Source of the DNA: Octopus sinensis
Lineage: Eukaryota
Direction: 5' to 3'
NCBI RefSeq assembly: GCF_006345805.1
Contig: NC_042999.1
Coordinates: 128,712,001-128,776,000, forward strand
Length of the DNA stretch: 64,000 nt
The notes beneath the pieces were generated by a model. It did not search any database. It had not been told where the DNA came from and was given only the letters and a program-made list of their open reading frames with translations. Positions 12,601-27,600 of the stretch are shown in pieces. Numbering within the stretch: the stretch's first letter is position 1; the number at the start of each line of letters is the position of its first letter. Both the position numbers and the translations under genes were made by a program.

Positions 12601-15600
12601 TGTCATCATTACACATCCACATTGCACCTTTAAGATCGGGGAACCAGTTAGGGGCCTGCTGGATCTCTCTCAGTAAACCACAAAATCGCACCAGCCAGCA
12701 TTACCACTACCTCCAAGCCCGTCACATGTATGTATGTGTTTGTCCCACCACCACCATTGCTTGACAACCAATGTTGGTGCATTTGCATCCCTGTAATTTA
12801 GCTGTTCAGCAGAAAAGACTGATAGAATAAGCACCAGGCTTACAAGAAATAAGTCCAGGGGTCAATTTTTTTGACTAAAGGGTGGTGCTTCAGCATGGCC
12901 ACTGTCAAATGAAAGAATACCAGAAAAACGTTCATACCACTAAACCAAGAAGGTCCTTTTTTAAGGTTAAATAGTAATTCTGTTTACATTTGTGTAACAG
13001 ATATTTTGGTTGGATTATATAGTCATTGGTATTACATTACTTTCTATATTCTGTAACTGTCACAAAATACTTTTCTAGGCCTGAAATTTTTGTGGGGATG
13101 GGGTCAGTTGATTAGATTGACCCTAGTACACAACTGGTACTTAATTTATCGACCCCAGAAGGATGAAAGGCAAAGTCAACCTCGGCAGAACTTGAACTCA
13201 GAATACAAAGACAGACAGTCATAATATACAAACATTTCTCATGGCACCAGTACACTGTTTACAGATGCTTACATTTTTTTTGTTTTCAATGAATTTGTCA
13301 TGGGTCCAGCTAGTTATTATTATTTTATATTTTTCTGAAGAAAAGAAAATATTTAAGGAATACCTTAAATAAAAAAAGGATATATTCATATATACCTGAT
13401 GAGGAGATGTAAGTTCTGCAGGAGCTCTAGCAAATAAGAAGCTCAAAACTAAACTATAAGGAATGACATCACCAAGGACAGGATTTCTGGAAATATGTTC
13501 ACTAGACTGGAATAATAATGGCCTGAAAACAAAAAAAAAAGAATTCTTCAATTAAAATTTAATTTCATACAATTAAAATCAGTTTTATGTTACTAATAAA
13601 AAAGGGTTAAATATTAGAAGAGACATCTTTGTCAATAATCAGGCACATTCTGACTGTCTATTTCAGCATTCCTTCAGAGTGTTTTATAACACTTCTGTAA
13701 CCTGTTTCAATACAGTTCTGTATATACTTTACATTATTGATTGTATATGGATATCTTTAAGTAATCAAAGGAAATCAGATTTGAAATGGAAACAAGAGTA
13801 AGATAGTAAAATATTTTTTAATCACTGATGTTGTTTAAGTTATTTATGAACGTTTACGACACTAGGAACATGCTACAAGTATATTATATAATATGAAGAC
13901 TGTTCTATCAAATATTTATCTTATAATCTGCAAGATGTTATTTCTAATTGTAGATATCTCTCTTATATTTCCACAAAATTTCTATTTTTAGTTTCAAAAT
14001 TATATTAATATATATTCTAAACATGATTTTGAAGCTAAAAGAAATTGTTTTATACTCAACACTCAAGGCTACAATTAAGTGAAGAAAAGGTAACTAAAAC
14101 AAACCTGAAAGCTCTGAGAAGACGGTAGGGTCGACCTAGATCAGATGGACGATGACAAAATGGAGAAAGAGCACTTTCCATTTGAGCAAAATCTGATGCA
14201 AGTTTCATTTTCCCACCATCTCCCAGGGGCCGAATTAAGCAAGCATGTCGCACAAACAGTTCAATACATCGGCAACAAACTCCATTTATACTGCAATAAA
14301 ACAATAACATGAAAGTGTATTTTTACAAATTTTTTCCCCTTCATTTGTATAGATACTTTTTTTAATGACTTAGTTGGGAGTGGAAGAGCCATGCCCAAGA
14401 CCTTTTTTTTTTAGGACCTCCATGGAAAAAAGTTGACCTCTCTAATTGCTTTAAATGCTTGCAAGAGAGTGAACTTTACTAGAGATATACAAGGGTCAAA
14501 TGGTGACATTTAACCCAAGTAACAGACTATGTCTATTACACAAAAACAGGAACAATTGCTCCACTAGACTTCCATACAGTTAGGGTTTACAAAATTCCAC
14601 TCTAGAGGCTTTGATAGAACCAATGCAATTCTAAGATAAGACACATGCCCAAGGTGAACTTCTTAAACATAAAGCCATAATTGAACACGTTTTGGAGAAA
14701 AAAAAATTTAATTTTAGAAAATGAATTTGAATGGAATACAAATTTCTAAACACATAATGAGGATGGTGAATTTTCACAAAAAACAATATTTTAAATTACA
14801 TATTCTACTAAATGCAGAATTATGTATGTGAGATAGAGGAACATATTTTGTTGAAACAAAGTAAATACTAAAGAAATTTGATTATTTCTAAAGTGGAAGC
14901 TAAAAGCATGAAATTTCATCTTTATACAGAAAATAGTAGATTTTCATATAATAACAGAAGTTATTTTTTCATTCTGAAATATGCAAAATCTCTTAAGTGA
15001 TTTCAGCAAGTTTGACTGTTTGAATTGTTCTAGATTGCATCAGTATATAACAATTTTGTCTTTGAAGCCCAAGATTCTAAGATCTAAATTCACAACTACT
15101 TGTATCTTCCTGTACCATAAGTACCTTCCATTGTCAATGCATACAGCATTTTCATTCAACACTTGTCATCCATTTACATGACATAGCCCTACCAATACAA
15201 TCATCTCTCTCACATACTAAGCCCAATGTCTCTCTCTCTCTCATTTGATTTTGATTTGCCTATAAATCTCAAGCTTGACTTGTCAAATAACTAGTAGAAA
15301 TGAGAAAATTGTGACATGACATTTACCTGTTAAAGATGAAATCAGCACAAGTATACTGTGATAAATAGTCAGTGCGTGCTCGTGCAATAAAGCTCTGTAG
15401 TTCCTTCATGTACAGGGAACAGGGAGCATCTACAGTAGTACTGGTTGGAGCATCACTAAAATGTAAAGAGAACACCAGAGTTATACCTGAAGCAGGATGC
15501 TATTTTCACAATGCGATACATGTATTTAAAATTTTTTTTAATTTTAAACATTTTATTTGAATCAGATTTACATATCAATATTTTTCTTTCTATTTTATTT

Positions 15601-18600
15601 TAATCACTTAGGAAATTTTAAGGGATTAATATATTATATTATCAACTTAATACAAAAATATTTTGTCTTTGTGTCAAACCATTATCTATAATCTCATCTT
15701 TAACTCTTATAAAAGAACAGAGCCAATCTATTGCCCCTCACCAAAAGCACATAAAAAAAAGCAAAATCTCAAGAATATATATCAAGATGATTCCTGGTAC
15801 TTAACACAGCATGTAACTTTAGAAATCAGAACCATGTAACTGAAGTAGGGTACATATGGCAAATATGAACCCTCTTCCTGATGTCTCTCATTGAAATAAA
15901 ATATTTATATTAAAATAACTAATTGATTTAATAAGCTGTTTGTAGAAAAATTCACAAATCAAGAATTCTTGAAAGTAAAGGCACAAATAATGTTAATTCG
16001 TTTTTTAAAAAAACTAACCAAATAGTCTTTTAAAAGAAATCCAAATCATTCAGAAATATATGCAGCAGTATAAAAGCCATGACAAGATATTTTTAAACAA
16101 TATTTACCCTGAAAAATCTTCTTGGTGAATGGTTAATATGATAGCTTCCAGTGCATCTGAGATAGATGACAGCAATGGCTGTATGCCTGAACTCATCAGC
16201 ATAACAACATCCTGAAAAAAGTAGTAGTAACAATAACAATCTCTAGCATAGGCACAAAACCTATAAATTGATTTTTGTTTTGTTGGGGTCTTTTTAGGGA
16301 GAGGGGAAGCATTATAGTCTGGTACACAGTTTATCCATCTCAGAAGAATAAAAGGAAAAGTTAACAGGAATTGAACTGAGAATGTAAAAACAGTTAAGTA
16401 ATGCAATATGCTCTGCCTAGTATTTTACTGATTTCCTATCTACCATTCTAATACAATAAAAACAATACACAGTGAAGAATAAATTCAAAACATGAAAGGA
16501 AAGCCTCAAAATAAATTTAGCAAAGACTGGGAAATGGGAAAAACAAAATATACAGAAAAAAATGGAGCTAGGGATTTCATAATGTTCCCAATGTAAATTA
16601 CAAGAGATATTGTGAATACGACAGGTTAACAGGGAAGGAAGACTTTGTGTGACAGATGCATAGTTAGCAGTAAGTGACCCATGAAATAGTTTTTTAACCG
16701 TCTCTGTGTCTAACTTTACTCTCTACACAGCTCAAGAGTAATGATTGCAGATAATCTAATGAACAGAATCACAAACAAATTCAGGAGAATAACAATAGAC
16801 CTCTCAACTACCATATTTGTTCACCTGAATCACTACTTTCCTCACAACTTTCACCAGTTTGATTGTCAAGAGTAAATATCATCAATAATTTTCTCAGCTG
16901 TAAAGAGTCTAAGCCTTGCTTGTTTATCAGACGAAGTGCTGGATTCATCATATGCTTATTTCATTGCAAAAGTCCATTTTTTATTTATTAAAAACAAAAC
17001 TAAACAACAGTTATGGGGAATGATATTAACAATGAGTCATAAATACACTTAACTATAATGTTGCAACATTAACTTTATTTTCCTTTTTGGTCAAGATTAC
17101 ATTTAGGCTGTTCCTTGATATACCAAGAAGATGTAGTAATAGGTTTAATACTCAGTAAGCTTTATAGAAATAGTTGATAACTTTTGTTACCTAAATGACC
17201 AAATCAGCAGTGACTGAAGGTGTTTTGAAAGTATTGTAGCCAGAGTAAAGAACAGGGTGGTAAAAGTAGATTGTATGATGCTTTTGTACCAAGAGCAATG
17301 TATGATAGAGCATGATGAGCAATGAATGTAAAGTACACGTGAAAACTGAAAACAAATGAATCACCCATGCTCCACTGTTTTATGTTAGTGTATATGAAAT
17401 GCAGAGCACAAATGAGGTGAGAGAAAACCTGAATATAAGAAGAATTAGATGTAGTGTACAAGGAAACAAGACTGAGCAGCCAATGTATATGGTAGATGAT
17501 AGTTAAGCAACAAGTACCAAAAGATTCAAGTGGAAGAAACCTGTAAAAGAGGAAGTTACAGGTAAAGAAGATGAAAGTGCTTCTCAAGATGTTGAACCTG
17601 TAAATGAAATGACAAATGATTGCAACAAATGACATGATACTGAGTTGGAGAAGAACTGTTTAATTCATGCCAGCATGAAAAAGCAGATGGAAAATGTTGA
17701 TAATGCACTATTATTGCACTTGAGAACAGTGAGCCAAAAGTGAAACCTACTTTTGACCCAGGTGAGGAGGGATTAGTGAAAAGCTAAAGCAACATGAAAT
17801 AAACTAAACTGATACAAACCTTCAAAGATTCATTCAAATTTTCTAGGGCTTCACTAGGATAAAAGTTCAACCCAGAAATCACCTGTAACAAAAATAAATA
17901 TAGCTATAGGGACATTTCCGTAAAATCAAAAGAATATATGTGATTCACTTCATCCCACTGTATGACTGGTATTTATATAATTTATACCATTTCCCCATTA
18001 CATAGCAAAGAACATTTGTGAGATACTGAACACACATACTACAAACCCAATTATCAGATTCTATCTTATGCTAATAATTAAAATAGAAATGAATTTTATA
18101 CTACAAGGAACAAAAAAGATATTACATTATGAAAATGCAAAACATTACTAGTTTTTTCAGATTCTACTTATACCTGAAAGATTTTTCTGATGCTCATTTT
18201 TTAAAATTTTATTTTCTTGACTATTTTACATCCATTTTTACATTGTGTTTGTTTTTATTAGAATAACAGCTTCATTAAAGTTTCATTAGTTTGCAGTGCT
18301 GAACTGAAATACTCTATGGGTCTGCAGAAGACACCAGGGAAATACTTTCCTAATTGACTTCATGAAAATGAAATCTTCTGTGATGGACTACAAACCCAAC
18401 ATGTTATAGCACATTACTGCTGTTGGCAGTACATCACAAGTAATTGGCAGGGCACTGCTAGCTATTACACTAATGAATGCATGTATATCATTACTGATGT
18501 CCAACCCATGCTAGCATGGAGAACGGACGTTAAACGACGATGATGATGATGATGATGTATGTTGTCACTGATTTCTCAGCAGTGCTAAGTCATACATTTT

Positions 18601-21600
18601 TTTGGTGAGAGGGGAACTGAATTATATTGACCCAATGGCAAAACAGCAAACTGGCAGAATCATTAGTGCATCAGATAAACTGCTTAGCAGCATTTCTTCA
18701 GGTATTTTACACTCTGAATTCAAACCCTGTCTAGGTCAACTTTGTCTTTCATCCTTTTAGACTCAAAATAAGTACCAGTTGAGCACTGGGGTCAATGTAA
18801 ACAACTAATCTCTTCCTAAAATTACTGGCTTGTACCATAATTTGAAACAATTATTAACATATACTAATGCATACTATTAATAATACATATTATTGCTAGT
18901 GTATACTAATATATGCTAAACACTTCTTTGAGAAATAGAAAACATTAAAATTACTTTTGACACAGCTACATGGAATTGGTAAAGAGTGTTGACAATGACG
19001 GCATTGCGGATCTGTCCAGGAGTGGCTGGACGTATAACTTGGCTGGCTTCACCATCAGTGGTCAACTGCAATAATAAAATATTGAAAATTGATTAGTCAC
19101 AGACAATCTTTTACATCACATACAATTCCATGTCTTGGAAATATTAACTTATTAGTTCAATCCTAACCAATATATATATATATATAGATCAAAACAGTTT
19201 GATTCAGACTCTTTGGTACTCAGAGTTTCAAGTGTGTGGTTAGTCTTCAGCCATTAGGGTCTGAATAAGAGTTCGATTGAAGAGAGTCAATGTTTACTAC
19301 TGGACATTAGCCTGCAATTAGTCACGTGGTATAGCAGTTTGATGCTGGTATTTCAGCAACAACAATTAGTCAGAAAATACCACATGGTGAACAGGAAATC
19401 AACCTATGGTCAGAAGGTGATGTTAAACAAAGCAACAGATTAAGTCAGCCAAATAGCTTTCAACTGGATGCAGTCAAGGTTGCTTGTATGAATAGCAGCA
19501 GCCCTCAAGAACAGATAAAGACAGTCAGTCAGTGTCACTTGACAGCCACCCACCAGCAGTAAGGACTCTCCAATAAAAAAACTTACCAATTGTTCACTTT
19601 TAACACAGAAAAGCTTGACAGTTTTGGTGACATTTCTGGCCACAGTAACACTGAGCTTGGTGTCAACACTAGCCACATTCAGTTCACTGCAAACAACAAA
19701 ATAAGAGAGAAAATAATTATAATTAGATATGTGTGTATAACTATTACTGGTTGACAATATTATGGTGGTAATGGTTGAGGTTATTGTAGATTGAACCAGA
19801 TCATCTCTGATTCAGCAGAACTAAAATCACACTCTAATTGGTGGGAGGAGCTTCCTGCGACCAACTCTTACCTGTTTCCAAGTAAGGGGATATTTCTCCA
19901 AGGTAACACTTCTTTTAATTCCTATCTACCAAATCCACTCAGAATGCTTTGGTCAATGCAGGGTTATGGTAGAAGACATTTGCCTAAAGTACCACACAAT
20001 AGGACTGAACCTGAAACAATGTGGTTGGAAAGCAAACCTCTCAACCACACAGCCATGACTATTATTATTAGAAAATCTGAGTTGGTGCTGACAGCAAAGT
20101 ACAAATAAGATATAGTTTGATGCCCCATCATTCTAAGTTCAATTACTAACTTTGTTTTTCACTTCTCCAGTGTCAATAAAGAAATGTTAAAATTAAGTGG
20201 CTAAAGGAAAAAGGCAATACCTATTATTCTTATAGGCATTTCCAAACCAGTGAAATTGATGCAGTTGATTTTCAGCCTGAATTCCTGAAGGGTGTTAGTA
20301 GTAAAATCATGGACAAGGAAGGGAGTGTTCTATAAAGTTACAGCTTTGAGCAGGAATAATAGAGTAAACTGTTTAATGCGGAGTTTGAGGGGTAAGGAAT
20401 AGTAAGGATGACAAGAGAGTTCATCATGTGGGCTTAGGTGAAAGGGGAATGTTGTTGCTAGTTCAGAGCAGAGGCCATTGTAATAGCAGGAGAAAAGATA
20501 GAGGGAAGATACAGCATGTCTATGAACCAGTGATGATAGCATATTGGTGACTGAATCTTTGCCAATCAGCCAAATAGCCCTCAATTGGATGCAGTCAAGG
20601 TTTCTTGTATGTGTAACAGCAACACTATCCCAAATATGTCAGTAGTACAACTATGTGGGTTGCCTTGGGTTTTGTAGATCAGCAAATTAATTGATTTTGA
20701 AGTATTCTTACCTCAGTTTTGTCAGTTTCATAGACATGAGGTCACCATGAGAGATTATCAGAGATTGTGAGGTCTATAATTTATAATTAATTTGATGTTT
20801 TTAGTTGTATGTTTCTAAGGTGTAAAACGGGTGCAATGCACTACTGCTCCCTTGATACATAGTGGCTGTATTGTTGAAGGGCAAAAGCTTATTATGCTAT
20901 CAGTGAAGAATATTTCCAAGTTCTCTTTTCATGAAAGCAATGCATAAGAGATGTCTAGTTTGAATAATGGTGATGTCTATGTGCTGAATGTTAAGAGGAA
21001 GTGAAAGGCAGTATCATCTGCATAGAAGTTGTAGCAAGGTGAACATTAATGTACAGAAAGAAGAGTATGGGAGACATAACTGAACCTTGAGATACACCAG
21101 AGTTGATAGAATGAGGTCCAGATTGAGTCTCATCTGTAAAATACTACAGTGAGTCAATCTCACAAGAACTTCCAATCCAAGAAGTGAGAGATGAATGAAA
21201 ACCATACTAGCGGTGGTAACAGGAAGGTATTCAGCTTTAAACAATAATTGCTCTGTAGTAAGAAAAGGTAAAAGGCATACCAGCCATAATTAAATAGTTA
21301 AAATATATGAAAAAAGGATAACTAAAAAATATTTACAACCCTTACCTGGCTATAGTTTTAACAATACTGTCAACTTCTTCCTTGGTTGGTGGATTTAATG
21401 ACCCACTCGTAAACACCAAATTAATTGGATCAAAAAGGCGGGAAAGTGAACGTGACAAGTAAGCAGTTTCAAATGAAGCTAATGTATTTCTCAGTGCCAT
21501 CTCAGAGCTACCAAATGCAAAAATATACAAAAGAATTAACTAAACAAACAAGTTGACAAAATCCAAACAATAAAAATCAATTACAAATGTTATAAAAGTT

Positions 21601-24600
21601 ACATATATGATCTACATTGTATTGATAGTTGATATGGAAAAGGAGGAGGATTACACAGAAACAATAACAATCTATTAAAAATAATAAAGGTCAGTATTTG
21701 TCAGTCTGTCATAGACAGACAGACACACAGACACACAGAGCATTTTATGTCAACATTCAACACTTACCACTCTTTCTTTCTCTATTTCTCTCTTTAATAT
21801 ATATATATATGTGCATGTCTATGTAAATTACTCATGTACACACACATGCAAATTGGCAGAGTTGTTAGAGCATTAAATGCTTTACAGGGTTCATTTTAGC
21901 CCTCTCCTTTCTGAGTTCAAATCAGCCAAGTTCAATTTTGTCTTCCATCTCTTCAGGGTCAAAAAAAACATATAGAATGCCAGATGATACTCTTCTACTT
22001 CTTTATCTCCCCCTCCCTCAATAAATCGGATGTGGATAGACCTAAAGACAGATGGACAGGTTTAAATGCTCAGAACAATCAGTAAGAATGACATCTATAT
22101 TTAGACAGAGATAAAATTGTTATTTAGTCCATAGACAGCCCTCATAAAGCAGACCAATGATTAAAGGAGGCATTCCAGCCACAACTATCCTGTGTATCTA
22201 AGATCACATTATCTAATGAATCCTTCCTTTTTTTTTAAGAAAGTAGAGTAGAGTTTGTAAGAAGTTTGGCTGCATTTCTATCAGGTCAAGCAAGCACATA
22301 GAGACCTGAGATAGATAAAATAATGTAACAATACAATACCATAACAGACTTTAAATTTATATCTTATCAGAAATACAAATATATAATTACACCTTGTCAC
22401 TTAATCTTTCTTTATCCTCATGCAGAAAATTATGACCATCCCTTGTACAGTGCTTTAGCAAGAACTCAGCCAAACAATAGTAGTTGTTCTTATCATTTAT
22501 CCCATGTCAGCCCTAATCTTGTAAACCTATGACCAAAACCATACCAACTTTGACCATCCCACATACTTTTAGAGCTATCTAATACTATATTAACTAAGGT
22601 GGCATCCCCACTTTTTCAAATGATGCAATTTGAGAGATGTTTGGTTACTATTTCAAGTATGTTAAATAACCACATAAAGCCTTCTTTGGTCCAAGCAACA
22701 GGGATACAAATACATAACTCTTCAATTCCGTAACCAACAAGCTAATTGGACCAAGCACAGAGTCAATTTTCAGAGAAGATTATGGTTAACTGAACTGACT
22801 CAGTTTTATTACTAGTAATTTTTTATAGGGCCAAGAGGGATGAGAGACAAAACCAACTTTGATGTAATTTGAACCCAGAACAGAAAGGGATGTTACAAAA
22901 TACCATGAAGCATTTAAGTCAACAGACTGTTGTTTCTACCAACTCACTGCTCTAACTCTTCTAATTAATTATAGAAAATTGATGATATTTTAGAGCTGTA
23001 AATATATAATTATCCTGACTTACTCATAACCAGTCTTAGTGGCTGCCTTTTGACTAAAGAAATCATCATCAGTGGATTCTATAGCAGAAAAATCTGTATG
23101 GATTACACTTGTAGCTGTGTTGGATGTAACATTAAACTGATGAAGCCTTTTCCATAAATCGTTGTATAAACGTAGCAATTTGGGGTATTCACCTTCAAAT
23201 GCTTGCTTCAGAAAAGATGTATCTTGAATGATAAAAAGAAATAAATATAATAAAATAAATATACATACATTTACATAAATACACACAAATATATATTAAG
23301 GTAGGCATAATGATTATATAAAACCATTAGATATATATATATATTAAAGATAGTTAAAAACTAATTAGATGTTAATAGAATGTTAATTAGCTATCTTAAC
23401 AGAAAAAATAAAACTTGACATCACTCTTTTGTAAGATACAATTTGTTATTTCGTCCTAGTAAGGAACACTAAAAGGATGGGTAGAAGGAATATTACTATA
23501 CCTCGGGCAGCTGCCTTAAATTCATCAGTCAAAATACTAGTGACACTCTCCCAGAAATCTTGCATTATGTTGATGGGTTCATCTGAAGTCTGATAGAGGA
23601 TAAATAGAGCAATCAAATGGATTAGCATCATATGATGTGGGTTAAAGAAACAAGCTAAAACTTGGGCATGTTCAGAAAATGTCTGTAATTAAAAACATAG
23701 TAATCACAACCCAGTAAAATATAAGCACATTTTGTAGTACCAGTATATTCTACAAAATGAGCAAGACGCAGTCCTTGTTTCATCTTTCAGATGCATACAT
23801 AAATAAATAATTTTTCCATAGGAGGAATAATTAGAGAAGGTCTTCATAGTCATTTTAAGTCTAAAACCAGCTTCCTAACTTCATTCCTTGCCGAGATATC
23901 ACATTCGGAAAGTTGCGAAACTTTGACTGCGTTTTTCTCAGTTTTTAAGTCATGGTGCTTACGACATCTGTTACTAAACTCCTCATATGTAGCATGAAAT
24001 CTTATACAACCAAATACAGAATACACATGTAAATATAAAGGTTCAAATATGAACAACATCCAGCAGGTTTCAATAATTACATAATTTCTTCCTTTTATTC
24101 ACTAAAATATTGTATGAAGGAATGAAGTACTGAACAGTTAATGTGAAAATCATTTGTTGAAGATGTCACAAGAAATACAGTCACCACCTTCACCAAAGTA
24201 AAGTTTGCTATTCAATCCAATTTATAATGATAAAGACCATCAAAAGTGTATCAATTCTAGGGACTATAACTGGTAGGTCATGAGAAGACAAAAGAGGCTA
24301 CAGAAGCAAGTTGTGAGGACAGATGTGACAGTGATAGGTCATGAGAGGATAGCATCCAACGTCTTAAAGATAAAGGAATAAACATTTACTTTATTGCTTT
24401 AATCAGTACGCAAGTGAAATAGAGAGAGTTAGATACTTGGTGGTGTGGAGTATGAAAATAAACTTCAAAAGGAGTAAGAGAGAAAATAGGAGTTTTTAAT
24501 ATCTGTATCTTTCTAAAAGACAGTGGTGACATTATAGAAAAGAACTCAAAGAGCTACAATCAAGAGTCAAACTTGAGTCACAAACTCAGATCAAAAGGAA

Positions 24601-27600
24601 CAATGGTGCAACCTCAATGAACTTGATAAAGAATATGAAATGAAGAAAACTATACACACCTTTGAGAGTTCCTCAATGAAACAAATGTGAGTGACAGGGT
24701 CACGTTTCTTTGTCAACACCTTCTGTAAATGCTGAATCTAATAATTACAAAATGATAAAAAAATATTTATAAGATAAACAGAAGAGTGAAGATGATAATG
24801 ACAATGAAACTCACAATGAGATGATGATGATGATGATAATGATGATGCATATAATGAGTTATTATAAGGATTATGGTAATAATAATAACAGCTATGGTGA
24901 TGGTAGTAACAACAACAATGGAGACAATGACAACAATAACAATAATAGTGATAATAATGAAGATGATTCAAACCACCATCATCATCACCATTGTTTAAGA
25001 TTCACTTTTCCATGCTTTCATGAGTCAGACAGAATTTGTTGAGGTGGATTTTCTACAGCTGGATACCCTTTCTGTTGTCAATCCTTGCTTGTTTCCAAGT
25101 AAGTTAATATTTCCCTCATGACATAAAAGATTAAAAACAAGGAGTTTACAACTATCACACAAGGAATCAGTAACACACACACACACACACACACAAACAT
25201 ATACGCATACACAAACACACATACATATATGGTGGGCTGCTTTCAGTTTTCTTCTCCAAATCTACTCACAAGGTAATATGCAATGAGACTGAACTCAAAA
25301 CCATGTGATTGGAAATCAAATTTATTACCACATAGCCATACTTCAATTCCTTCCAGTTATTCAAAAGAAATTTCAGGAAGTTATATCTTATTGATGAACT
25401 GATGAATAACAGAGGCAAATAGTGAAATGATATTCTCAAGAAGTTTACAATGTCTACCAATATGTTAAGTCTATCATACTTCTCATTTCTTGTATTTGCC
25501 TTTAACCCTTTAGCATTTAATCTGGCCATGTGAGGCCCAAATATTCTATATGTTTTATGTTTAAAATGATCAGATCCAACCTCTCATACCTACCCTACAA
25601 TGTGATTCTAAATATATACAAACACACCATTGAAATCTTAAAGCTACAAGATAATGCATGATTAATTCAAAACTATGTGAATAAACAATACATTTGACAA
25701 AGATATCTGAGTGCTAAAGGGTTAACTGGCCTACAGAACAGTCTCTCAGGTCTTCACATTTTGAAATGGAGTGTTGAGAAACCATGATAACAAATGAAGA
25801 TAATAATATTCATGTTTAGTTTTAACTGCAGCAGGTTTGAGCTTCAGTATAATATCTGAAATACCAAACTTCAGTCTGGTCTAAAATTAATGTGAACCAC
25901 AGCACACTCTGTAATGAATGGTTAACAGTTAAAGACTTGAGAAATAGCAATTTAATTATATAAAGAAACCACTCACAAGACTGATGTCTCACTTAGTGAT
26001 TCTCTGCACTAAACACATAATTTTTCTGGGTCAGTGTATAATCAACAACACTGACTCCAATATATTACTGGTATATATTTTATTTACTCCAAAGGAATTA
26101 AAGGCAAAAATTGACCTCCAGCATGATCAGAACTCAGTGCCAATCAAAGTTATAGTAAAGCATCCAGTTCAAATTCCAGCTGCATCAGTTATTTTGACAG
26201 GCTTTCTTAACAGCTTAAACCACCTCAAGATGACCCATTTATTGGATGTGCATATGTGTATTACAAACTAAGATACAGCATCCATCTACCTTTTTATATA
26301 TAACAACAGCGATAAATTGTAAAGACTATAACTAACCTGAGCACAAGCAGCATAAATATTATCCATCAATTTCTCCATGTTAGTCCAAAGATTTGCTCGG
26401 TAAGCAGCTGTGTTTCCAGTCACTGGCATCAATGCTCGGCCAGGACCACCTAAAAAGAAATTTAGACAGCAAAGTAATAACAATGGAGGGTAGCAGCTGG
26501 TTGAGTCAATATGATTTTAACTGGTCGGCCAAGAAGATTATGACTGGTATCCCACTTACAACACTAAACTGTACCTCTGGTAAAGGTACTTAACTTTCAA
26601 TAACCTGGTACACTTTGTGGTAAATAGGTACAATCAGAAAGTAGAGTTTACTAATGTGAATAATAAAGAAGGGTACAATTTCTGGCTGCCACATTAGTCT
26701 ACTGAATTGAACTTAATCCTCCCACAGGCCTGGAACAGGTAATGTGATTTCTCTTACATTAGTCCCCTTGAATTACAACAAGTAAATAAAGTCTTTCAAT
26801 TGCACCCCAATAACCCAAGAGAAGATCTCAGCATGATGGAAGAATCCAGAGAAAGCTCAGCATAAAGACATGAAGAAAGGTTTGGCTCAAAGGATGGCTT
26901 AATATGACAAAGAAAGGCAGGATTGCTCGACATAAGGGAACACTTGAAGATTTAACATAAAGAAGAATCAGATTCAAATAACTTCAACAAAAAACTTAAT
27001 TATTCAGATACTTTCCTATTTCATTAAATAGAACAAATAAGTCAGATATGTATTCCTGCATAATACTTGATTCCTTTTTTGATACCACTTGGGGAAGGGG
27101 GTATTTTCTGTGAAAGGAGATTGAATCTTAGCATCATAAATTCAACCCACTATGCATCATTTATAAAAAAGCTTATTCAGTACTCCGCCATGAAACAATA
27201 CTCTCATTTGAGGCTTACGCTTGTTACCAGGGAATATTTAGTTGCTTTGGTGTGTCCAGAACACATCAGAGCAACTGATGATGCAACACTGCAACTCATT
27301 GTGATTGTAAAAAATGCATTTAACTGAATGAATCATTCTTATGGGAAGCATAAGGACTTCTGCCTACCAAATTCAATCACAAGTCTTCAGTCAGCCCAAG
27401 AAGACAATTGCCCAAGGTGCCATGCAGTGGGGTTGAACCCAAAATCATGTGGTCAAAAAGCAAGTTACCTAACCAAACAGCAAAAACAAAAATTTGTACA
27501 TCAACTGACCTTGACCTTGTGAGGGGAGCTGTTGTTGTAAAAGCTGCATATTAAGACAGTTCTTAACATTTTGGTGAAGAGTTTCACGACAATTGTTCAC

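Noticed and set aside
24738-25042. His/Cys-rich and poly-Asn ORFs
   Set aside because: Intronic trinucleotide low-complexity tract with no splice or homology support
27510-27516. Tandem donor 6 nt apart at COG5 exon 8 (GTCAAG vs GTCAGT)
   Set aside because: The alternative site is a weaker consensus match and would only remove 2 aa; no evidence of use
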